This document shows, in pieces, positions 17,282 through 23,842 of a DNA stretch of 23,842 bases (position 1 is the stretch's first letter; each line of letters opens with the position of its first letter). Location of the stretch: positions 1 to 23,842 of the forward strand of contig JAPSGB010000058.1 of NCBI GenBank assembly GCA_035063585.1, in the 5' to 3' direction. A model generated the notes under the pieces. It made no database searches. It was given only the letters and a program-made list of their open reading frames with translations, and was not told the DNA's origin. Position numbers and translations under genes: made by a program. The stretch comes from Polyangiaceae bacterium. Its GTDB lineage: Bacteria > Myxococcota_A > Polyangia > Polyangiales > Polyangiaceae.

Positions 17282-18070
17282 CTACCAGCGAAGATTCGTG
17301 GGCATGAGCTTGATGCTTTGATAGAAGGCGTCCATACAATCCCAAAGCTCGCTGCAGGTCTTGCCGGAGGAGAAGCACGAGTAGACCGCGTCATGGGCCT
17401 CGGGCAGGAGCATGCCGTCGATGTCGTCGAAGGCGGCGATGTTCTCGGGCGTACACACGTAGCCGTTGTTGCAGAGCCCGCAGAGATCCTCTCCGAGGGT
17501 GCCGGGGACCAGCCCGAGCTCCGCCCAGCAGCTCGCGGCGTCACTACCACAGGCGAGCTGCGCCTCGCATCGGAACGCCTTGGCGACCTCTGGGCGGTAG
17601 AGCCGGCTCACGTTGCTGCAAAAGGGCAAATCGTCTGCGCCGCAGTCGTTGTTCGCGTGCTCGAAGAAAGCCTTGCAGGCTTGCAGCAGCTCCGCATCGG
17701 AGTGCTCTGGCACGATCATCCGGAAGCCCTCGTGCGCGCAGGGGCTATCGCTCCAGCACGGGTGCTCGCACGAGCGGTAGAGTGAGTCGCAGTAGTCGTT
17801 GCATTCGGCCCAGCAATACGCCCCGTAGTCGTCTGAGGGGTCGCCGCACGTCTCGCGGCAGACGTCGCAGTGGTACGACTTCCCGTTGTAGCAGGTCTGG
17901 ATCTCCCGCTCGCACTCGGTCACGGTGCAATATCGCTCGATGCGGGTTTCCGCGGGCGCCGCGTCACCGGCGGAGGGGCCGTCGAGCGCGCCGGCGACGC
18001 AGCCGAGGGTCAGGGCCGAGGATGCGAGGGCGAAGACGAGGAGTCGAGCGCGCATGCCAGAGTTCGCCAT
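17282..18070 (-). CDS. Cys-rich lipoprotein (262 aa)
   Basis: Lipobox LTLGC and many CxxxC motifs; more A/T-ending codons near the 3' end. An alternative start is the Met five codons downstream. Confidence 0.8.
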   Translation of the reverse strand: MANSGMRARLLVFALASSALTLGCVAGALDGPSAGDAAPAETRIERYCTVTECEREIQTCYNGKSYHCDVCRETCGDPSDDYGAYCWAECNDYCDSLYRSCEHPCWSDSPCAHEGFRMIVPEHSDAELLQACKAFFEHANNDCGADDLPFCSNVSRLYRPEVAKAFRCEAQLACGSDAASCWAELGLVPGTLGEDLCGLCNNGYVCTPENIAAFDDIDGMLLPEAHDAVYSCFSSGKTCSELWDCMDAFYQSIKLMPTNLRW

Positions 18071-18132
18071 GGTGCGCGCCCCATCGGCGCCGCCGCCCGC
18101 CGGTTGCGCGAAATCGCCGGCGAGGCGGGGCG

Positions 18133-18161
18133 GGTCGCCGGCCGCGACGGACCGGCACCCC
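18133..18161 (-). repeat. Dispersed intergenic motif, copy 3 (GGGGTGCCGGTCCGTCGCGGCCGGCGACC)
   Basis: 24/25 match to copy 1; lies downstream of the minus-strand stop at 18200. Confidence 0.7.
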
Positions 18162-18199
18162 TCCCGGCCTCGCCCTACCCCGCCCCTCGGGGGCTCGGG

Positions 18200-19291
18200 T
18201 CAGAAGGAGCTGTCGGCGTCGCCGAGCTCGGCGGTGTACGAGACGGTGGTGGTCGCGCCGCCCACCACCGCGAGCGGGTTCCACGCGGGCGCGACCTGGC
18301 CCACCGCGGCCGAATTGTCGATGACGACGTAATACTGGCCGGGCTGGAGCTTGAGCTTCTGGCGGACCTCGCCGGCGGGTGGCAGCCGAAATCCCGTGAG
18401 CGGCGACTCCGGAGGCGGCCCGAGCGGCGCGCCGAGCTGGAGGGAGCCCCGCCAGCGATCACCGGCGCCGCGCGTCACGACCAGCGCCTCGACCTCGGGC
18501 CCCGCCGCGCGGAAGCGGAGGAAGAGCGCCTGATCGCTGTCTGCGACCTCGAACGGACCGAGGAAATCCACCTGGCCGTAGCGGACCTCGGTCGTCTCGT
18601 TGGCGAACACGTAGCGATCGCTGCCCGAGGTGGTGAAGGGATGCGCGGGGCGCGCCGGCGGCTGCAGGATGCCGAGCGAGAAGTCGTCGCCCTCGTCCGA
18701 GCGCACGACCGTGAACCCGCTGCTCAGCTGGCTCTGTACGAGCTGGTTGCCGAAGGTATTGGCGAGGTAGCCGGCGGGCGTCTGGGTCGCCGCCCAGTCC
18801 ACCACCTTGTTCTCGACCGAGCCGATCTTGAAGTCCGGGCCGTAAATCAGCCGATTGAACCTCGCCCAGACGTAAACGGCCTCGTCGGAGAGGTAGAAAT
18901 CCGGCCGATACTCGACCGACATGGTGGCCGAGAACCCCATGCGCCCAGCGACCGGCGTCCAGGCGTACCCCGTCCCGCCGAAGTGGACGGCGAGCGTCTT
19001 GGCCGGATCGTTGATCTCGTACCGGCACTGATCGGGGAAGAACCGCCCGATGATGTTTCCGCCGGGCGCGAGCTTGAGCCCGGCGCCGCGCTTCAACATC
19101 TCCGGGCAGATGTGCTGCGCGCCGAAGTTCGAGAAGAGCCACCAGCGGAGGTTCGGGCTCGCGTTGACGTAGCTCTTGACGCAGCCGGCTTGAGCGAGCG
19201 AAGCGGCGACGAGGGCCGCGAGCGCGAAGAACGCGATGAGGCGCGCGCGCGCTCGGTGGCGCGCGGGGCGCCGGGGAGTCTCTTTCGACAT
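18200..19291 (-). CDS. Hypothetical lipoprotein, beta-rich
   Basis: Arg-rich n-region, hydrophobic h-region, AQAGC. Alternative start at 19348 (ATGA overlap with the upstream stop). The 5' part of the listed 20467 ORF is shadow. Confidence 0.78.
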   Translation of the reverse strand: MSKETPRRPARHRARARLIAFFALAALVAASLAQAGCVKSYVNASPNLRWWLFSNFGAQHICPEMLKRGAGLKLAPGGNIIGRFFPDQCRYEINDPAKTLAVHFGGTGYAWTPVAGRMGFSATMSVEYRPDFYLSDEAVYVWARFNRLIYGPDFKIGSVENKVVDWAATQTPAGYLANTFGNQLVQSQLSSGFTVVRSDEGDDFSLGILQPPARPAHPFTTSGSDRYVFANETTEVRYGQVDFLGPFEVADSDQALFLRFRAAGPEVEALVVTRGAGDRWRGSLQLGAPLGPPPESPLTGFRLPPAGEVRQKLKLQPGQYYVVIDNSAAVGQVAPAWNPLAVVGGATTTVSYTAELGDADSSF

Positions 19292-19344
19292 GGTGGGGTT
19301 CGCGGGAGCGTCGCGCTCCGGTGAGACGGAGGAGAGCGGGGAGA

Positions 19345-21519
19345 TCATGCAGGGCCTCGGAGCGCGCAGAACCCGCCGATGCAGGCGACCGGGCTCGACG
19401 ACGCGCAGCAGTCGGACGCCGTCGTGCAGGCCTCGCCGATGGTAGCGCACTGGTTGGTCGGCGGCGGCACGCACGCGAACGAGCCGCCCCCCTGATCGCG
19501 GCAGAAGCCGCTGCAGCACTCGTAGCCCTCGCTGCACGAGCCGCCCTGCTGCTTGCACGGCTCGAGCGCCCAGTACGCGTCCATGTTGATGCTGGTGAGG
19601 TCCTGACCCGGGAGCCAGAACGCTGGGTGGCTCGGATCGGCTCCCGGCTTCGGGTTGGCGTCGATGGCGGCCACCCAGAGCTGCTTGTGCCGGAACACGC
19701 CGGCGGCGGCGTCCGGCATGCGATTGCCGTAGTCGCGGGGGGTCACGAACACGACCCAGAAATAGCCGCCGACCGCGATCGGGTTCACGCGTGGGTCGTA
19801 GTTGCGCTTCAGATCGGCGGCGCTCACCATACCGTCGCCGTTGGCGAGGCCGAGGCGGATTTCGCCTGCCGCAGCGGCCACGTCGGCCATGAAGAGGTCG
19901 TCGTTGGCGTCGACCGTCCCGCTGCCCGACACGTAGTTCGCGCGGCTGTAGTCGCCCCGCTGATACACGATCCACTGCGAGTCGGGGGTGAAGCTCGGGA
20001 ACGAGATCGCCTGCCCGCCGCCGGCCACCACCTGGCGGAGGTTCGAGAAGTACGGCGCCGCGCCGAGGTCGACGTCCATCACCTGGAGGTCGGAGCTCGC
20101 GAACTCGACCGGATAAGCACCGACGCAGTTTCCCGCGAACGCGAGCAGCTTGCCATCCGGCGAGAACTGCGGGCTCGCGACCTGCGAGAGCGCGTCGAGC
20201 GCGGACGGGATGACCTGCGTCGTGACCGGATCCGCGAGCTTCATGCGAAAGCCGAGGGTGTCGTGGACGAGCCGTTTGCCGTCGGGCGAGAGCGCGCTGA
20301 AGATGGCGTCGCCCGGGACGTACTCGCTCATGCTGGTGATGGTCTCGGTCGCCGTGTCGACCGCGCCCCAGGGGCGCCCGCACGTCCCCCCGCCGGAGGT
20401 GCCGCAGGCGCTGAACAGCGTGACCAGCGTGGAGCCGTCCTTGCTCACCGTGTGACAGGCGACGCACCGGTCGCCCGTGCCGTTATTGTCCCAGGGCGGC
20501 GACTGCCCGCCATAGCCCGCGCTCGGCGGCGGTGAGCCGAGCGCGGTGTACGGCCCCGGATCGAACGCGGGCACCGGCGCGTCCGCGCCCGGGTTGATCT
20601 TGACGATCGAGCCGCGATTCACCGCCCAGTAGTAGATGGTGCCGCGGAGGCTCCCGGGCGCGATGGTCCAGGTCTCGGTCATCGGCTGGTGGGCGACGCC
20701 GCCCGCGTCGAGCCGCGCGATCGACACCGTGACCGGCGAGCCGTCGTTGCTCTCGGTGAGCGCCGTCCACCACGCCTTCGGGATGGGCATGCGACTCGGG
20801 GGATCGGCCGTCTCGTAGCCGGTGAGGCTCACATAGCTGCTCGTGATGCTGAGCTTGTAGCGATCGCCCGCGGCGCCGCCGCTCCACTGCAGCTCGGGCG
20901 GCAGGATGCCGCGCGCGAACACGGTGCGGTCGTAGGGGTAGAGCAGCGTGCCGCTCGGCGCGGCGTCCGGCGAGTTGAACGCGTCCTGCTCGGCAGGGGT
21001 GAGCCCCGCGCCGTTGTCGGTGAAGGCGAGCCGCACCTCGACGCTCGCGGTGGCGGTCTTGCCGCCGGCGCTCGCGGTGAGCGTCCCCTTCCCGCCCTTC
21101 GCGTTCTGCGCCTTCACCTGCCCGCCCGGCGACACCGCGGCGATGGCGGCGTCATCGAAGCTCCAGCTCGCGGCGATGGTCCCCGTGCCGCCGCCTGCGA
21201 AGGTAGCGATCGCCTTGAAGTCGACGGGCGCGCTCGCGCCGTTGGTGACGGCGATGAGCGCGCTCGGGGGCTCGACGGTGAGCGCGGTGATGTCGCCCTG
21301 CGAGCCGTCGAGATCGATCCCGCCGTCGGCGCCCGAGCCCCCGGTGCCCGAGCCCCCGGTGCCCGAGCCCCCGGTGCCCGAGCCCCCGGTGCCGCTCGTC
21401 CCGCTGCTGGCGCCGTGACCGCCGTTGCCGGCGACCGTGTTTCCCTCCCCGCCGCCGCACGACCAGGCGGTCAGGAGGGCGAGCAGCGTGAGCGCGAAAA
21501 ACCGGAGCCTCGGCTTCAT
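19345..21519 (-). CDS. TolB-like/PD40 beta-propeller lipoprotein with an Ig-like domain, CxxCH motif and Cys-rich tail
   Basis: MKPRLRFFALTLLALLTAWSC, a GSGTG linker, and repeats LSPDGKRL, PQFSPDGKLLAF, PSFTPDSQWIVY. Also CVACH, DPSHPAFWLPGQ and a CC-containing C-terminus. Confidence 0.85.
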   Translation of the reverse strand: MKPRLRFFALTLLALLTAWSCGGGEGNTVAGNGGHGASSGTSGTGGSGTGGSGTGGSGTGGSGADGGIDLDGSQGDITALTVEPPSALIAVTNGASAPVDFKAIATFAGGGTGTIAASWSFDDAAIAAVSPGGQVKAQNAKGGKGTLTASAGGKTATASVEVRLAFTDNGAGLTPAEQDAFNSPDAAPSGTLLYPYDRTVFARGILPPELQWSGGAAGDRYKLSITSSYVSLTGYETADPPSRMPIPKAWWTALTESNDGSPVTVSIARLDAGGVAHQPMTETWTIAPGSLRGTIYYWAVNRGSIVKINPGADAPVPAFDPGPYTALGSPPPSAGYGGQSPPWDNNGTGDRCVACHTVSKDGSTLVTLFSACGTSGGGTCGRPWGAVDTATETITSMSEYVPGDAIFSALSPDGKRLVHDTLGFRMKLADPVTTQVIPSALDALSQVASPQFSPDGKLLAFAGNCVGAYPVEFASSDLQVMDVDLGAAPYFSNLRQVVAGGGQAISFPSFTPDSQWIVYQRGDYSRANYVSGSGTVDANDDLFMADVAAAAGEIRLGLANGDGMVSAADLKRNYDPRVNPIAVGGYFWVVFVTPRDYGNRMPDAAAGVFRHKQLWVAAIDANPKPGADPSHPAFWLPGQDLTSINMDAYWALEPCKQQGGSCSEGYECCSGFCRDQGGGSFACVPPPTNQCATIGEACTTASDCCASSSPVACIGGFCALRGPA
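21331..21390 (-). repeat. 15-bp tandem repeat x4 encoding a Gly/Ser/Thr linker (TGGSG)
   Basis: GCCCGAGCCCCCGGT, four exact copies. Confidence 0.95.
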
Positions 21520-21566
21520 GGGCCGCATGCTACGGTGCGGCTCCGAGCGGCGCAATCGTGCCGCGC

Positions 21567-22454
21567 TCAGCGCCCGGCGAGCGTACGCTCCGCGACCCGA
21601 GCGAGCGCCTCCACGAGCCCGGGATGCGCGCCGAGCGCAGGCACCCGCGCGAGCTCGAGGCCGAGCGCGCGGGCCCAGTCGCGCGCCTCGACGTCGAGGT
21701 CGTAGAGCGTCTCGACGTGGTCGGCCAGAAAGCCGATCGGCGCCACCACTGCGCGGCGCGCGCCCGCCGCGCGCGCCGCCTCGAGCGCGTCGCGGAGCCC
21801 GGGGCCGAGCCACTCGCCGCCGTCGGCGCCCTGACTCTGGAACGCCAGCCTGAAGGGGCGGTCGACGAGCGCGCCGACCGCGGCCGCCGAGGCGCGCACC
21901 TCGGCTTCGTAGCGATCGCCCGCGCGGATCGCCGCCGACGGCAGGCTGTGCGCGGTCATCACGAGCGCGACGTCGTCATCGCCGCCGAGCGCGGCGCGGA
22001 TGAGCGCGGCGTGGGCGCCGACGAGCGCCGGCTCGACGCCCCACGGCGCGGCGCATCGGAGCTCGACGCGCCGCCCGTCGAGCCGCGCGGCCGCGCTCGC
22101 GAGCGCGCGCTCGGCCGCCGCCGCGTACACGGCCGCGCTGTACGGCGCGAGCGGCACCGCCGCCAGCCGCGTGAGCCCGCGCTCGGCCGCCTCCACGAGC
22201 ACGTCTTCCACGAATGGCCGCCAGAGCCGCATCCCGACCAGCACGGGCACCCCGAGCCGCGCCTCGAGGGCCGCGGCCTGGGCGCGCGTCACCTCGAGCA
22301 GGGGCGACCGCCCGATGAGGGCGTAGCGCCGCCGGAGCTCGTCGAGGAGCCCGGGCGGCGGCGGCCTCCCGTGACGGATCTTCGCGACGAACGCCGGCAG
22401 CTCGTCGAGCGACTCGACGGTGCCGTGCGCGATGAGGAGCACCCCGTCGGTCAT
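21567..22454 (-). CDS. hemH: Ferrochelatase
   Basis: GVLLIAHGT, RY.LIGRSPL, GMRLWRPF, MTAHSLP, AFQSQG..WLGP, PIGFLADHVETLYDLD. Confidence 0.95.
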   Translation of the reverse strand: MTDGVLLIAHGTVESLDELPAFVAKIRHGRPPPPGLLDELRRRYALIGRSPLLEVTRAQAAALEARLGVPVLVGMRLWRPFVEDVLVEAAERGLTRLAAVPLAPYSAAVYAAAAERALASAAARLDGRRVELRCAAPWGVEPALVGAHAALIRAALGGDDDVALVMTAHSLPSAAIRAGDRYEAEVRASAAAVGALVDRPFRLAFQSQGADGGEWLGPGLRDALEAARAAGARRAVVAPIGFLADHVETLYDLDVEARDWARALGLELARVPALGAHPGLVEALARVAERTLAGR

Positions 22455-22533
22455 TCGCGCCGAGCGTAGTCCGCGCCGCCCCGACCACCAAGCCCCCTTG
22501 CCCTCGCCCGGGCTCCGCGGGAGGGTCCGGCGC

Positions 22534-23298
22534 ATGGCGCTCATCCATCTCGAAGGCAAAGTGGCGATCGTGAGCGGCGCGAGCCGCGGCATCGGCGAGG
22601 CGATCGCCCTCGCGTTCGCCGAGGCCGGCGCGAAGGTCGTGGTCTCGAGCCGCAAGGAAGAGGGCGTGGCGCGCGTGGCCGCGGCCATCACCGCGCGCGG
22701 CGGGGAGGCGCTCGCGGTGGCGGCGCACGTCGGGCGCCCGGCGGACTGCCACGCCCTCATCGACCGCGCTCGCGAGCGCTTCGGCCGCGCCGACGTGCTC
22801 GTGAACTCGGCCGGCACGAACCCTTACTTCGGACCGCTCATCGCGATCGAAGAGGGCGCGTACCTCAAGACCTTCGAGGTGAACCTGCGCGGCGCGGTCG
22901 AGACGTCACGCGCGTTCGCCGAGCAGCTCATCGAGGAGAAGCGCCCGGGCGCGATCGTCAACATCGCCAGCGTCGCCGGCATCCGCGCCGCGCCGCTGCA
23001 AGGCGTGTACGGCATGACCAAGGCCGCGATGATCAGCCTCACCCAGACGCTCGCGGTCGAGCTCGCGCCGAGCGGCATCCGCGTGAACGCCATCGCGCCC
23101 GGCCTCATCGAGACCCGGCTGGCCGCCGCCATCACCGCGAGCGAGGGGCTCACCCAGCGCTTCAACGACCACACCGCGCTCGGCCGCATCGGGCGCCCCG
23201 ACGAGCTGGCCGGCGCGGCGCTCTTCCTCGCGAGCGACGCCGCCTCGTTCGTCACCGGCCAGTGCCTCGCGGTCGACGGTGGGTATACGACCGTCTAA
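22534..23298 (+). CDS. SDR family NAD(P)-dependent oxidoreductase (DHRS4-like)
   Basis: SGASRGIG, VVSSRK, VNSAGTNPYFG, YGMTK catalytic motif, IRVNAIAPG, VDGG; GGGAGG upstream. Confidence 0.95.
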   Translation: MALIHLEGKVAIVSGASRGIGEAIALAFAEAGAKVVVSSRKEEGVARVAAAITARGGEALAVAAHVGRPADCHALIDRARERFGRADVLVNSAGTNPYFGPLIAIEEGAYLKTFEVNLRGAVETSRAFAEQLIEEKRPGAIVNIASVAGIRAAPLQGVYGMTKAAMISLTQTLAVELAPSGIRVNAIAPGLIETRLAAAITASEGLTQRFNDHTALGRIGRPDELAGAALFLASDAASFVTGQCLAVDGGYTTV

Positions 23299-23385
23299 TC
23301 GAGTAACGAAATATAGATAACTATTCCTAATAACATAAGCCGTAGCTTTAGTTATCCGTAGCTGCCGTGACCGTTGATGGGCTTG

Positions 23386-23406
23386 GCCGGTCCGGCGCGG
23401 CCGGCG
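23386..23406 (+). repeat. Dispersed intergenic motif, copy 4 (GCCGGTCCGGCGCGGCCGGCG)
   Basis: 21/21 identical to 1671-1691 and likewise preceded by an AT-rich patch after a stop codon. Confidence 0.7.
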
Positions 23407-23540
23407 GCGCGCGTGCGGCGCGCGTGAGGCGCGTCGCCCTCGCCCGGCGCGCCCGCGGCGCGCCGGCAAGTGGTGGCGAAACTACTCATGACGGCGGTTT
23501 GGGGGATGAGCGACGCTCGGCGGATATCATGGCTCGTACT

Positions 23541-23842
23541 CGAACGCGTCGCGAATCCGGGTTGTCACCGGCACAAGGCCGTCTCGTGACGCGTTCACGA
23601 GCCCGATGAGCGCGCGCGCGGCGCCGAACGCGTCGCGAATCCGCGTTGTCACCGGCACAAGGCCGTCTCATGACGCGTTCGCGAGCCCGATGAGCGCGCG
23701 CGCGGCGCCGAACGCGTCGCGAATCCGCGTTGTCACCGGCACAAGGCCGTCTCGTGACGCGTTCGCGAGCCCGATGAGCGCGCGCGCGGCGCCGAACGCG
23801 TCGCGAATCCGCGGTGTCACCGGCACAAGCCCGTCTCGTGAC
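23541..23842. repeat. 84-bp tandem array of palindromic (hairpin) units, at least 3.6 copies, running off the window
   Basis: Units start at 23541, 23625, 23709 and 23793 with only 1-3 differences. Each contains GAACGCGTCGCGA...TTGT-caccggc-ACAA...TCGTGACGCGTTC. Confidence 0.95.

Noticed and set aside
17282..18070. Multiheme cytochrome or ferredoxin
   Set aside because: No CxxCH motifs; an exported Cys-rich lipoprotein is more likely disulfide-bonded.
23328..23362. dif/Xer site (TAACATAA ... TTATCCGTAGC resemble XerD/XerC arms)
   Set aside because: The arms are 13 bp apart instead of the required 6 bp.
23367..23671. Small ORFs 23367-23609 (+) and 23486-23671 (-)
   Set aside because: They are Arg-rich translations of intergenic and repeat DNA with no coding signal.
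23541..23842. CRISPR array
   Set aside because: Whole 84-bp units are near-identical with no unique spacers, and there are no cas genes in the window.

Overview
Very GC-rich bacterial DNA with myxobacterial (Polyangiaceae-like) character, inferred from the many Cys-rich lipoproteins with Gly/Ser/Thr linkers. Housekeeping genes: an orphan fliQ/sctS, epmA, apt, surE, bolA-grxD, hemH and an SDR. Secreted lipoproteins: an alpha/beta-hydrolase, a DUF4139-like protein, a TolB/PD40-like propeller with CxxCH, and a transglutaminase-like+VWA protein. A variable region (about 10.2-18.1 kb) holds three Cys-rich lipoprotein genes, two decayed paralogous gene copies and a frameshifted IS3-like remnant. 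Non-coding structure not explained by the ORF track: (i) a ~25-bp motif (TGCCGGTCCGKCGCGGCCGGCGACC) found four times, always just 3' of a stop codon and in the sense of that gene; (ii) an 84-bp tandem array of long hairpins running off the right edge; (iii) -10-like hexamers 6-9 nt before several start codons, suggesting leaderless mRNAs. I found no rRNA, tRNA or CRISPR array. All family calls come from motif recognition by eye, not database searches.
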